From an uncultured Candidatus Kuenenia sp. (lineage in GTDB: Bacteria > Planctomycetota > Planctomycetia > Pirellulales > UBA1268): a DNA stretch of 64,000 bases. Positions 17,817 through 27,208 of this stretch are shown here, piece by piece (positions within the stretch are counted from its first letter, which is position 1; the number at the start of each line of letters is the position of its first letter). The DNA lies in contig CAZOMJ010000137.1 of the NCBI GenBank assembly GCA_964581055.1, positions 16,291 to 80,290 of the forward strand, given 5' to 3'. The notes beneath the pieces were generated by a model. The model was not told the DNA's origin. It worked only from the letters and a program-made list of their open reading frames with translations, and made no database searches. The translations under genes were made by a program, and so were the position numbers.

Positions 17817-19391
17817 TCACCCGGGTCGGGCCCAGCCGCGGGAACGCTCGACCGCGTTTCTCCAGCGTGTGAGCAGCCGGGCACGGGCCTCTCCGGCCAG
17901 CCGCGGCTCGAAGACCCGTTCCACACGTCGCGCCTCCTCCACGGCGGCATGATCGGGAAAAAACCCAGTTGCCAAGCCGGCCAGAAGGGCCGCTCCGAGG
18001 CTCGTGGTCTCGAGCACGGCCGGCCGTTCCACGGGCAGGCCGAGCACGTCGGCCTGCATCTGCATGAGCAGATCGTTGCTGCTGGCACCGCCATCGACCC
18101 GGAGGCGGCCCAGGCACACTCCCGCATCCTGCTGCATGCAGACGACGACGTCGGCCACCGACAGGGCAATCGATTCAAGCGCCGCACGCGCGATGTGGCC
18201 TTTGCCCGTGGCCCGCGAGAGCCCGATCATGAGTCCGCGGGCAAAGGGATCCCAATGGGGCGCGCCCAGCCCCGTGAGCGCCGGCACGACCATCACGCCG
18301 CCGCTGTCATCCACGCTCCGCGCCAGCGGCTCGATCTCGCTGGCCTGCTGGATCATCCCCAGGCCGTCCCGCAGCCAGCCGACCAGGCTCCCGGCCACGA
18401 ACACCGATCCCTCCAGAAAATAGTCGGCGGCGGGAGCGGCCGACGACCCGCCGTCCGACAGTGTGCATGCGGGCGTGGTGAGCAGACCGTGCCCGCTGGC
18501 CACCGGCTCACGGCCGGTGGAGAACATCAGAAACGCTCCGGTTCCATACGTGTTCTTGGCGTCGCCCGCCCGCAGGCAGCCCTGGCCGAAGGCAGCCGCC
18601 TGCTGGTCGCCGGCGCACCCCGCGATCGGGATCGGCACGCCGAGCCACGCGGCATCGGTCTCGCCGAACGAACCGCTCGACGGCCGCACCTCCGGTAGGA
18701 TTGATCGCGGCACGCCGAAAAGCCTGCAGAGTTCGTCGCTCCACTCGAGCCGGTGGATGTCGAACAGGAGCGTGCGGCTGGCGTTCGTGACATCCGTGGC
18801 ATGCACGCGGCCGCCCGTGAGCCTCCAGATCAGAAAGGTGTCGACCGTACCGAAGAGGATGTCGCCAGCCTCGCACCGCGACCGCAGGCCCGGCACCGTC
18901 TCCAGCAGGTGCATGATTTTCGTCGCCGAGAAATAAGGATCGAGGAGCAGGCCGGTGCGGCGGCGGATATCGTCCTCGATGCCTTGGGCCCGCAGGCGGG
19001 CGCAGATGCCCGCCGAGACCCTGCTCTGCCAGACGATCGCCGGGGCAACAGGCCGGCCGGTGACGCGATCCCAGAGAATCGTCGTCTCGCGCTGGTTGGT
19101 GATCCCGATGGCGACCACCTGCTCCGCCATCGTGCCGCTCGACTCCAGCACGCGTCGGGCACAGGAAAGTTGCGACCGCCAGATATCTTCCGGGTCGTGC
19201 TCGACGATCGCCACGTCTTCGCCGTCGCCGCCAGTATCCCCCGCGATCTGGTTTCGCGTGATCTGTGGAAACTCCTCCTGTGCCGCCGCCAGAGGAACCC
19301 CGCGACGGTCGAACAGGATCGCCCTGCTCGACGTGGTTCCCTGGTCGAGCGCGAGAATACAGGTCTTGGCTGGTCCGGCTGCGGCCATCAT
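17817..19391 (-). CDS. glpK: Glycerol kinase
   Basis: FGGY kinase signature ILALDQGTTSSRAILFD, GITNQRETTILWD, and C-terminal LRVDGGASSNDLLMQMQADVLG. Confidence 0.9.
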   Translation of the reverse strand: MMAAAGPAKTCILALDQGTTSSRAILFDRRGVPLAAAQEEFPQITRNQIAGDTGGDGEDVAIVEHDPEDIWRSQLSCARRVLESSGTMAEQVVAIGITNQRETTILWDRVTGRPVAPAIVWQSRVSAGICARLRAQGIEDDIRRRTGLLLDPYFSATKIMHLLETVPGLRSRCEAGDILFGTVDTFLIWRLTGGRVHATDVTNASRTLLFDIHRLEWSDELCRLFGVPRSILPEVRPSSGSFGETDAAWLGVPIPIAGCAGDQQAAAFGQGCLRAGDAKNTYGTGAFLMFSTGREPVASGHGLLTTPACTLSDGGSSAAPAADYFLEGSVFVAGSLVGWLRDGLGMIQQASEIEPLARSVDDSGGVMVVPALTGLGAPHWDPFARGLMIGLSRATGKGHIARAALESIALSVADVVVCMQQDAGVCLGRLRVDGGASSNDLLMQMQADVLGLPVERPAVLETTSLGAALLAGLATGFFPDHAAVEEARRVERVFEPRLAGEARARLLTRWRNAVERSRGWARPG

Positions 19392-21158
19392 TCACTCCTT
19401 CGTAGTGCTTCCCCTTGAAGGATCCGGCACGTCGACCGTCGGGGGCACGCTCCTGCCGTACCGTTCCTCCAATCGTGCCACACATCCCTCCACGGCTGCC
19501 GCCACGCGATCCGGCGACAGGCCGCCGGCGGCGGAGAGCGACTCTGCCACGTCCGTGATCGCCTCGCGACTGAGCCGTTCGTGCAACGACAGCATCAGCC
19601 GCCGCTCGATCAGATCGTCGAGCGTGATGGCCCACTCCTCGCGGACGCAGAATCCCACCGCGGCGCGCGGCAGACCGACCCCGCGAATCAGGCGGCCGAG
19701 AGCCCCTGCGCCACGACGCTCCTGCCAGACCGCAGCCGCGCGTGCTCCGAAAAGGCCGACGGTCTGCTCCGCGACCGCGGCGGCGTCGGCCCGCGGCACG
19801 CCCGCCTGCTCCGCGAGAGTTCGACACGCGCGTACGGCGGCCTCACGCGAGGCCTCGTCGCAGCTTCCAGGCAGCGGCCGCTCCCGCGATGTGCCGCGGA
19901 CCGGCAGTCCCAACGTGCCGAGCACCGTGGCCGCCGTCGTTTCGGCCAGGCTACGGCAGGTGGTGAGCTTGCCGCCCACGATGGACCACAGCGGCACGGT
20001 CGCGTCATCATGCCGCACGACCAGATGGCGGCGGGTGACCCCCGCTGGCGACCGTCCATCGCCGGAAACGAACGGCAGCGGCCGCACGCCGCAGTAGTGC
20101 TGCTGCACGTGGTCGCGCCGGAGTGCCACCGCCGGAAAGAGTCGCGCCACCGCAGCGAGCAGGTAGCCGATCTCCGCCTCGTCGGCCCGCGCGTCCGCCG
20201 GATCGCCGGAGAAGGGAATGTCGGTGGTGCCCACGAGCACGAGTTCGGGTCCGAACGGGAGCACGAAAACGGGCCGGCCATCGGCCGCCTCTCCATAGAC
20301 GCCGTAGCCGGCGAGCGCTGCCCGCAGCGGCGGGCAGCTCACCACGAGGTGGCTACCCTTCGTGCCGCCCATCAGTCGGCGGCCGACGCCACCCGCCGCT
20401 CCAGCCACCAGCGATTCAAGCGTGCGATCCACCCAGGCGCCCGTGGCATTCACGACAGCGTCGGGCCTGACCTCGAGCGGACCGCCGCCAGCCGGAGACG
20501 GGCCGATCCTGAGTAGGCCGTCGCGGCCGAACTGCACCTCGCGGTGCGTCCCCACTTCGAACCGCGTGCCGGCGGCCGCCGCGATCCCGCGGGCGTCGAC
20601 GAGCAGTTCCACCGTGAACCGTTCCGGGAAGAGCAGCTGGGCATCGTCATACAGACCGGCGAACGGAAAGGACCGGGCGTCGATCTGCGGCATGCCGGCA
20701 CGGCCAGCCCGCACCATGCGGTGCCGCGGCCAGCCCTCGCCTGCCGCCAGCAGGTCGTAGAGAGAGAGCCCGATTCCCACCGTCCAACTGCCCCGTCCAC
20801 GCCGCCCCTGCCACACGCGGGCCAGCGACTCGCAGCCAACGAGCCTCGCCGCCGCCGCCCACAGGCCGCCCCAGCGGCCCTGCACCGGCAGATAGAAGGG
20901 AAGCCGCCGCACGAGATGGGGCGCCAGCCGCACCAGCCGGTTGCGTTCGGCGAGGCTTTCGCGGACGAGCCCGATCTCGCCATATTCCAGATACCGCAGG
21001 CCGCCATGGATGAGCCGGGTCGACCAGGCCGTGGCGCCGGCGGCGATGTCGTTGCCATCGACGACGATCACTCCCACGCCGGAAAGCGTGAGTTCCCGTG
21101 CAATCGCGGCGCCGTTGATTCCCGCACCGAGCACGACGATCGTTGTTTCAGCTGCCAT
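19392..21158 (-). CDS. glpD: FAD-dependent glycerol-3-phosphate dehydrogenase
   Basis: Start at ATG 21158 (MAAETTIVVLGAGINGAAIARE, dinucleotide-binding fold) and STRLIHGGLRYLE. The stop directly abuts the glpK start (TGAATGATG). Confidence 0.85.
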   Translation of the reverse strand: MAAETTIVVLGAGINGAAIARELTLSGVGVIVVDGNDIAAGATAWSTRLIHGGLRYLEYGEIGLVRESLAERNRLVRLAPHLVRRLPFYLPVQGRWGGLWAAAARLVGCESLARVWQGRRGRGSWTVGIGLSLYDLLAAGEGWPRHRMVRAGRAGMPQIDARSFPFAGLYDDAQLLFPERFTVELLVDARGIAAAAGTRFEVGTHREVQFGRDGLLRIGPSPAGGGPLEVRPDAVVNATGAWVDRTLESLVAGAAGGVGRRLMGGTKGSHLVVSCPPLRAALAGYGVYGEAADGRPVFVLPFGPELVLVGTTDIPFSGDPADARADEAEIGYLLAAVARLFPAVALRRDHVQQHYCGVRPLPFVSGDGRSPAGVTRRHLVVRHDDATVPLWSIVGGKLTTCRSLAETTAATVLGTLGLPVRGTSRERPLPGSCDEASREAAVRACRTLAEQAGVPRADAAAVAEQTVGLFGARAAAVWQERRGAGALGRLIRGVGLPRAAVGFCVREEWAITLDDLIERRLMLSLHERLSREAITDVAESLSAAGGLSPDRVAAAVEGCVARLEERYGRSVPPTVDVPDPSRGSTTKE

Positions 21159-21233
21159 GGCCGTCTGTCGTCGTTGCCGCCGCGGGCGGTATGCTCCGTG
21201 GCATCCCCGACGAGGTGTCCCCGGAGTCTGTTC

Positions 21234-22319
21234 GTGCCGCTGCACGCGTCATCCCGATACTGGCCTGAGCCTACTGCACGGCATGCGTTGCCGTCTGCCC
21301 GGGCAGCGTTCGGCCGTCGTTGCACTTTTCCGTTCACAACCGCCACCGCCATTCTCTGGAGCATCATCGGGGCCACCTGCCCGGCCGCCCCGACCGACCT
21401 CGACGCCCCCATCACGGCGACCTGGAACGGCATCGGCCTGCGGGACTGGGCCAGCCGAGTCGGCGAAGCCGCCGGACTGCCGGTGCTGGTGGATCGTCGG
21501 CTCGATCCCGACACCGCCATCCGGCTGGACTGCCAGGACGAACCGCTTCGCGACGTGCTCGACCGCGGGGCCGCCATCGCCGGCGGCGAAGTGGCTGCGC
21601 TCGCATCGTCGATTCTGATCGTGCCGCGCGGCATGGCAGCCGTCTTGGTCAGCGCTGAGGCGGCCCGCGCGACGAGGGTGGCCTCGATGCCGGCGCGACA
21701 GCGGTCCGTACTCGACAAGCAGATGCCCTGGCAGTGGGCCGCCGGAGCCCGGCCCCGCGATCTGGTGGCCGCCGCCGCCACGCAGGCCGGCGTCAGCCTC
21801 GAGGGTGTTGCCACGGTGCCGCACGATCACCTGCCGGCGACGTCGCTGCCGGAAATGACACTGGCCGAGCGACTCGACCTCCTGCTGTGCCCGTTTGATC
21901 TGCGGGTTGACTGGCAAGCCGCTCCGGCAACCGCTCGCGTGCCCACCGGCAGGATCATTGCCATCGGCGCCGGGCTGTCGCCCGCCGCGGCCACGGTCGC
22001 TTCTGCCCCCCAGCCAGCCACAGGCAAGCCCGCCGTCCGCCATTCCCCGGGCCGACCGAAGCCGGCGGCAGGGAGGCAGACCTTCTCCCTGCAGGTGGCG
22101 GCGCCGCTGGAGCAACTGCTCGAAGCGCTCGCCACGCGGATGGAACTGGATCTCGAGCTTGATCGCGAATCACTCACCCGCAGCGGCATCGCTCCTGGGG
22201 AGATCGTGCGGGCAACCGTCAAGGATGCATCCCGCGACGAACTGCTCGACGCGATCCTCGGGCCGCTCGCCCTCCAGTGGACGATCAACGGCGACACGCT
22301 CCGGGTGTTCGCCCGCTGA
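21234..22319 (+). CDS. Secreted hypothetical protein with repeated secretin-N/STN-like modules
   Basis: The first 690 nt of the 591-aa ORF is antisense to glpD and is discarded. The protein-like part begins after the glpD start. It has no in-frame ATG, so candidate starts are GTG 21234 or TTG 21288. Modules resemble LRDWASRVGEAAGLPVLVD..DEPLRDVLD and LEQLLEALATRMELDLELD..SRDELLDAILGPLALQWTINGDTLRVF. Confidence 0.5.
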   Translation: MPLHASSRYWPEPTARHALPSARAAFGRRCTFPFTTATAILWSIIGATCPAAPTDLDAPITATWNGIGLRDWASRVGEAAGLPVLVDRRLDPDTAIRLDCQDEPLRDVLDRGAAIAGGEVAALASSILIVPRGMAAVLVSAEAARATRVASMPARQRSVLDKQMPWQWAAGARPRDLVAAAATQAGVSLEGVATVPHDHLPATSLPEMTLAERLDLLLCPFDLRVDWQAAPATARVPTGRIIAIGAGLSPAAATVASAPQPATGKPAVRHSPGRPKPAAGRQTFSLQVAAPLEQLLEALATRMELDLELDRESLTRSGIAPGEIVRATVKDASRDELLDAILGPLALQWTINGDTLRVFAR

Positions 22320-22362
22320 CTTCACGCCGGCCCGGCCCTCCGGGCAGGGCGGCTTGAGATGG

Positions 22363-23556
22363 CTACCGGCTGCGGTTCGCCGATTCCTGACCGGCCATGC
22401 GGCGGGCAGCCTCGAGGTTCTGCCGCACAGGCTTGTCAGCCGGGCTGATCTTCAGGGCCGCCTCGTAGGATTCGACCGCCTCGCGATACCGCCCCTGCCT
22501 CGCCTGGGCGACACCTCGGTTGGCCCAGGCGCGTGCATCCTTCGGTTTCTGACGAATGGCCTGGTTGAAGTCGAACTCCGCCTTGCGGGGCTCGTTGGTG
22601 GCGAGATAGGCGAGTCCCCGGTTCAAGTAGGCGAGCATGAAGGTACGGTCACGCCGGATCGCGGACGCATAGGCGTTGATCGCTTCCAGTGGGCGTTCGA
22701 GTTCCATGAGCGTGAGCCCCCGCCAGAGCTCCGGCCGCGGATCGTCGTAGGACAGGCCCGCCGCCTCCTCGAAGTCTTCCAGGGCGATGCCGTACAGGCC
22801 CAGATGGAACCAGGCGATGCCGCGCCGCAGGAAGAGCTCGGGCTCCTGCGGATCGAGCTCGATCCCCTTCGAACAGGCATCCACGGATCCCCTGAAATCA
22901 CCTAGCCGCCGCAGTACCACGCCCAGCGCCAGGTGCCCGATCATCAGCGACGGCTCGAGTTTCACCGCCTCAAGAAGCATGTCGCGGGCCTTGTCCAGCT
23001 TTCCCTGCTGCTCGAACTGTTCCGCCTCGACGAGCTTCTTCTCCGCCTCGGTCGGCTCACGCTGCTCGGTTTCGTCGTCGAAGCCGAACATCCGCTCGCG
23101 GCGCAGTTCGTCGACCCCGGCGTCACCCCGGCCATCCAGATCCCGGTCGCGATCCCGACCGGCATCCCGACCGGCATCCCGGTCGCGTTCCCGGTCTGCA
23201 TCCCGGTCCAGGTTCCTGTCGCGGGAAAACGGACGGCCCTCGCGGACAGGGGTGCGTTCCCTACGCTCTGCCGGCTCCCCCGGAACCGTGGTCTCCGGGA
23301 ACGGCACAGGGAGTTTGACGGCGGGTTTGTCCGCGGGGCGCGGCCGCTGCGCGGGCGTTGCGGCCGGCGCCGACGGCCTGGATTTCCCGGTGCCGAACGG
23401 GTTGAGTTCGTCGGCAAAGGGATCGTCGGGTTGGAGCCGCGCGGCCACCGCCGGCGGGCCGATGGCCGCCACCAAGGCTGCTGCCAGGGCGATGCCCCGC
23501 AGGCAACGGGCTGTGCGCGTGGAGTGCATGACGTTCACCATGACCATCATGACCAT
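22363..23556 (-). CDS. TPR repeat protein, secreted
   Basis: Signal-like CLRGIALAAALVAAIGPPAVAA. The C-terminal half is consecutive TPR units (AWFHLGLYGIALEDFEEA, AYLNRGLAYLATNEPRKAEFDFNQAI, AWANRGVAQARQGRYREAVESYEAALKISP). An Asp/Arg repeat tract (DRDADRERDRDAGRDAGRDRDRD) is also present. The start among several N-terminal Met codons is uncertain. Confidence 0.75.
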   Translation of the reverse strand: MVMMVMVNVMHSTRTARCLRGIALAAALVAAIGPPAVAARLQPDDPFADELNPFGTGKSRPSAPAATPAQRPRPADKPAVKLPVPFPETTVPGEPAERRERTPVREGRPFSRDRNLDRDADRERDRDAGRDAGRDRDRDLDGRGDAGVDELRRERMFGFDDETEQREPTEAEKKLVEAEQFEQQGKLDKARDMLLEAVKLEPSLMIGHLALGVVLRRLGDFRGSVDACSKGIELDPQEPELFLRRGIAWFHLGLYGIALEDFEEAAGLSYDDPRPELWRGLTLMELERPLEAINAYASAIRRDRTFMLAYLNRGLAYLATNEPRKAEFDFNQAIRQKPKDARAWANRGVAQARQGRYREAVESYEAALKISPADKPVRQNLEAARRMAGQESANRSR

Positions 23557-23665
23557 CCGTCACCGTGCTCCGGCACGGTGCTTTGCGAGGACGGCATGGC
23601 GATCAGACTCAATCGACCACCGACAATATCGCCGGCGAGCAACCGCAGCGGGGAAGGCGTGAGCC

Positions 23666-23983
23666 CTACACCTGCTGCGACCCGATCAATCCTCCCAGAC
23701 GCTCCTCGATGCCCTCACTGATGCGGCGGCTGAAGAGGGACGCCATGCCAGGCACCTGCAACGCGACGACGAGTTCCTCGACCTTGATGTCGAGCGTGCC
23801 ATCGAACTTCATGCCGCTGACGGTGAGCAGCACGCGGAGGCGGTCTTCACCCTCCCACGACGCGTCGATGTCGCCCACGACGGCCGCATATTCAGTTTGA
23901 GCCTTCACGAGCGCGTGATCCAGCCGGCGACGGACCTCGTCCCGCTCAAGCGAGTGCGGCACCCGAACTTCGATCGATTTCAC
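23666..23983 (-). CDS. Polyhydroxyalkanoic-acid-system-like small protein (PHA_gran_rgn-like)
   Basis: Trimmed to GTG 23983, preceded by AGGAGA. MKSIEVRVPHSLERDEVRRRLDHALVKAQTEY..WEGEDRLRVLLTVSGMKFDGTLDIKVEELVVALQVPGMASLF matches the pattern of this ~100-aa family as I remember it. Confidence 0.55.
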   Translation of the reverse strand: MKSIEVRVPHSLERDEVRRRLDHALVKAQTEYAAVVGDIDASWEGEDRLRVLLTVSGMKFDGTLDIKVEELVVALQVPGMASLFSRRISEGIEERLGGLIGSQQV

Positions 23984-24051
23984 GGCCGTTCTCCTGCATG
24001 CAAAAAGGTTGGGAAGGGGTTTCGGAGGGCTGTGACCAGCCAGCCTTCGGA

Positions 24052-24819
24052 TCAGACAAGGCTCAGAGAGACGGCACGGCGGACGAGATCGGCCTGCACC
24101 GCACCGTCCCTGCCATTGAAGCATACGGCGGACCGCAAGGCGACAACATGGGGCCCGAGAGCCCAGGCCGCGGGAATTTCGGCGGGAGCGATCCGCCCTG
24201 CCACCGCCACCGTCAGGCCCGCAGCCCGCGCGGCTGCCACCCACGCCGCCGGCATCCCCGGCGGACAACAGCCGAACAGTCCGTCCGCGGCCTTGTCGAA
24301 CGTGTCGAGAAGCAGCACCGAGCAACCAAGCCCGCCGGCGGCCGCGATCACCTCCTGAGGAGGCGGCGCTCCCGCCCGCTGCCAGTCGGCGTAGGCCACC
24401 GCGACGCGATCGCTGCCGGCCGGCAGCGACTCAAACACCGCCCGCAGCCGACGTTGCCAGTCTGGCCCGGCCGCGCCGGCCAGGCCAACCTTCACCGCCG
24501 CCGGCGGCACGCTGGAGGGCTCGAGCAGCGCCAGCACGCGGTCGAGCCGACTCCTGATCGCCGCGGCCACGGGCTCCGACGGCCCGGCGGGGTCCATGCC
24601 CCGCCCGCAGCTCCCTTCAACGCCCAAGTCACCACAGGCCATCGTCCACGGCCGGCGGGTGCCCACCACGCGGGCAACGGCTGCGATCGCCTCCGGTTCC
24701 GCGGCGCCGAGCGGACCATGCCGCGGTTCCTTGACGTCGATGATTGCGGCGCCGCCCTCCAACGCCGCGGCTGCCTCAGCCGCATCCCGTACGCTCACGA
24801 GCAGCCCCCGCCAGTTCAC
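24052..24819 (-). CDS. (5-formylfuran-3-yl)methyl phosphate synthase-like protein (UPF0264/DUF556, MfnB family)
   Basis: Aligns by eye with M. jannaschii MfnB: LLVSVRDAAEAAAALEGGAAIIDVKEPRHGPLGA, KVGLAG, VAYADW, LLLDTFDKAADGLF, AVAGRI and ALRSAVCFNGRDGAVQADLV. Start set at GTG 24819, which forms a GTGA overlap with the upstream gene. Confidence 0.7.
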   Translation of the reverse strand: MNWRGLLVSVRDAAEAAAALEGGAAIIDVKEPRHGPLGAAEPEAIAAVARVVGTRRPWTMACGDLGVEGSCGRGMDPAGPSEPVAAAIRSRLDRVLALLEPSSVPPAAVKVGLAGAAGPDWQRRLRAVFESLPAGSDRVAVAYADWQRAGAPPPQEVIAAAGGLGCSVLLLDTFDKAADGLFGCCPPGMPAAWVAAARAAGLTVAVAGRIAPAEIPAAWALGPHVVALRSAVCFNGRDGAVQADLVRRAVSLSLV

Positions 24820-25403
24820 GGCCCGACTCCCGCCGTCGGCTGCCCCTCGGACAACGAACGCTTGGCATCGATGAGCCGCCGGCTGAGCTGTTTGGCGAGG
24901 TCTGCCGACAGCGGCTCGCACCAACGCCCGTCGAACACCACATACCCGTCATCCCACGTGCCCCAGGGCGTGAAGGTCGGCCGCTTTGAAAAATCGGCGG
25001 CACGTTCCGCCAGCCGCATCACCAGCGTGTTCACGCGGAAGGCTGCATGGTCGCCACACGTCGGCTCGCCGCTGCGGGCGATCGGGTTGGACCCCTGAAA
25101 AAAACATTCGACCGCGTCGAACGGCACGTCCTCGACGGCGGTCGGCGACAGCCTGACCCGCAAACAGCCATCGACGCGTTCGAGCCGCGGCCGCGCAGCG
25201 GCGGACGCCAGCGTGCCGACGATGCCACCGGCGCTGACGCAGAACGCCGCCACCACGAGCCACGAAGGCCGTGATAATCCGCCCATGACCGCCGCCGCGA
25301 TGAGCAGGCCCGCCACGACGGCTGCCACGGCCGCCAGCCATGCCACGGGGCGGAGATTGCCCCGAAGCCAGATCTCGTCAGCTTGGCGACGTGCGTTTGT
25401 CAT
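24816..25403 (-). CDS. Two-TM membrane protein, unknown function
   Basis: 195 aa with two hydrophobic helices (VAWLAAVAAVVAGLLIAAAVM, WLVVAAFCVSAGGIVGTLA) followed by a soluble domain. Stop coupled to the MfnB-like start. Confidence 0.6.
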   Translation of the reverse strand: MTNARRQADEIWLRGNLRPVAWLAAVAAVVAGLLIAAAVMGGLSRPSWLVVAAFCVSAGGIVGTLASAAARPRLERVDGCLRVRLSPTAVEDVPFDAVECFFQGSNPIARSGEPTCGDHAAFRVNTLVMRLAERAADFSKRPTFTPWGTWDDGYVVFDGRWCEPLSADLAKQLSRRLIDAKRSLSEGQPTAGVGP

Positions 25404-25473
25404 GGTGCTTTCGCGATCGCGGCCAGTTTCATACGATTCTCGCGGCGGATCCCGCAGGAACCAGTTTTACACC

Positions 25474-27069
25474 ATGCACGACTCAACTCCCTCGCACACG
25501 ACCGTCCCCGGAGCCTCCACCTCGTCGGCGTCTGCCCGAACGCTCGCCTGCATCGCCGCCCTGATGGTGGCCTATGCCGCAGCGGCCGTCTTCGGCTGGC
25601 CGCAACATGGTCGTGATTTGTTGGTGCAGGCACAAGCCGCCCCGCACGGCGCCCATGAGCCGGCTGCCCACCACGCGGGCGATGAGCATGCTGCCGGCAT
25701 CAGCACCTCGCCGCCTCCGCTTACTGTGCTGCCCTTCGCGTTGCTCCTGGGCGCCATCGCGATCCTGCCGCTCACGACGCGGCTGTCGCACTGGTGGGAG
25801 CACAATTCGAGCAAGCTGCTCGTGGCCGGCGGGCTCGCGCTGGTCACGCTTGGCTACTACGCTTTCGTGCATCGGCACCCGGTCGATCTCCACTTTCCGA
25901 CGCACGGAATCGTGCCGCCGGCCGCGGCGGGCCCGTCGTGGGGCGTGGCCGGCGCCATCCTCGCCAACGCGATGCTCTCGGAATACGTGCCGTTCATCGT
26001 GCTGCTCTTCGCGCTCTACTGCATTACCGGTGGCGTGCGGATCGAGGGCGACCTGGAGGCCACGCCCACCGTCAACACGGCGTTTCTCGGTCTGGGGGCC
26101 CTCGCCGCGAGCTTCATCGGCACGACGGGAGCCGCCATGCTGCTGGTGCGACCGCTGTTGGAGACCAACCGCGAGCGTCGGATCGTGGCTCATACGGTCG
26201 TGTTCTTCATCTTCCTGGTCTGCAACTGTGGTGGCTGCCTGCTGCCCATCGGCGATCCGCCGCTGTTCCTAGGGTACCTCGAGGGCGTCGATTTCCTCTG
26301 GACGTTGTCGCTCTGGAAGCCGTGGCTGGTCACCAACGGGATGTTGCTCGTGATCTACTGGGTCTGGGACACGTTCTACGCCCATCCTCACGAACGCGCC
26401 AGCGACATCCAGCGGGATATCCGCATGGCCGGCCCGCTGAAGATCAGCGGCCTGTGGCCCAATGCCCTGCTGATGGCGGGCGTCATCGCGGCGGTGGCGC
26501 TGCTCGACCCGGCCAAGGCCGTGCCCGGCACGAACTGGCATCCATGGATGTTTCTCCGTGAGGCCGTGCTGCTGACGCTCGTGGCCCTCTCGCTGATCCT
26601 CGGCTCGAACGCGATCCGCGAACGCAACGGCTTCACGTATGGCGCGATCTTGGAAGTGGCCGCGCTTTTTCTGGGCATTTTCGTCTGCATGCAGCCAGCC
26701 CTGGCGCTCCTCCACGAACATGGCGCAAGCCTCGGCATCCATTCGCCGCGAGCGTTCTTCTGGGCGACTGGTGCCCTCTCGAGCGTCCTCGACAACGCGC
26801 CGACCTACCTCGTCTTCTTCAAGGCGGCCCAGACGCTTCCCGCGGAGGGCGCGACCATGGCGGGCGTCGACGTGGCGAGGCTGACCGCCGTGAGTCTGGG
26901 CGCCGTGTTCCTTGGGGCTATGACCTACATCGGCAACGGACCGAACTTCATGGTCAAGGCGATCGCGGAGCAATCCGGCGTGAAAATGCCAAGCTTCTTC
27001 GGCTACTGCGTGTACAGTTTCGGCGTGCTCCTGCCGGTCTTCATTCTGGTCTCTCTGCTCTTTCTTTGA
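25474..27069 (+). CDS. Sodium:proton antiporter-like permease (ArsB/NhaD/citrate-transporter superfamily)
   Basis: Start at ATG 25474. Polytopic membrane protein with motifs remembered from this family (SSVLDNAPTYLVFF, IGNGPNFMVKAIAE). Confidence 0.6.
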   Translation: MHDSTPSHTTVPGASTSSASARTLACIAALMVAYAAAAVFGWPQHGRDLLVQAQAAPHGAHEPAAHHAGDEHAAGISTSPPPLTVLPFALLLGAIAILPLTTRLSHWWEHNSSKLLVAGGLALVTLGYYAFVHRHPVDLHFPTHGIVPPAAAGPSWGVAGAILANAMLSEYVPFIVLLFALYCITGGVRIEGDLEATPTVNTAFLGLGALAASFIGTTGAAMLLVRPLLETNRERRIVAHTVVFFIFLVCNCGGCLLPIGDPPLFLGYLEGVDFLWTLSLWKPWLVTNGMLLVIYWVWDTFYAHPHERASDIQRDIRMAGPLKISGLWPNALLMAGVIAAVALLDPAKAVPGTNWHPWMFLREAVLLTLVALSLILGSNAIRERNGFTYGAILEVAALFLGIFVCMQPALALLHEHGASLGIHSPRAFFWATGALSSVLDNAPTYLVFFKAAQTLPAEGATMAGVDVARLTAVSLGAVFLGAMTYIGNGPNFMVKAIAEQSGVKMPSFFGYCVYSFGVLLPVFILVSLLFL

Positions 27070-27208
27070 GCTGGCGCCAGCCTCCCATGCCTACCTGCCC
27101 TGCTGGCAATCATGAGCCGCATCGGGCGTGGCCGAGCCCCGCGCGACGGGCCGAAATGGTAGCCGTGGCTGAACACTGCTAAGCTGAACGCTGGCCGTTT
27201 TCTTCCCT

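Noticed and set aside
20544-21233. 5' part of the 591-aa plus-strand ORF
   Set aside because: Lies antisense within glpD, which has clear FAD-binding and family motifs. Only the part downstream of the glpD start looks like protein.
23984-24325. N-terminal extension of the 219-aa ORF containing the PHA-system-like domain
   Set aside because: The extension overlaps the MfnB-like gene 3' end, is Arg/Gly-rich, and a GTG with a good AGGAGA Shine-Dalgarno sequence sits exactly where the family N-terminus is expected.
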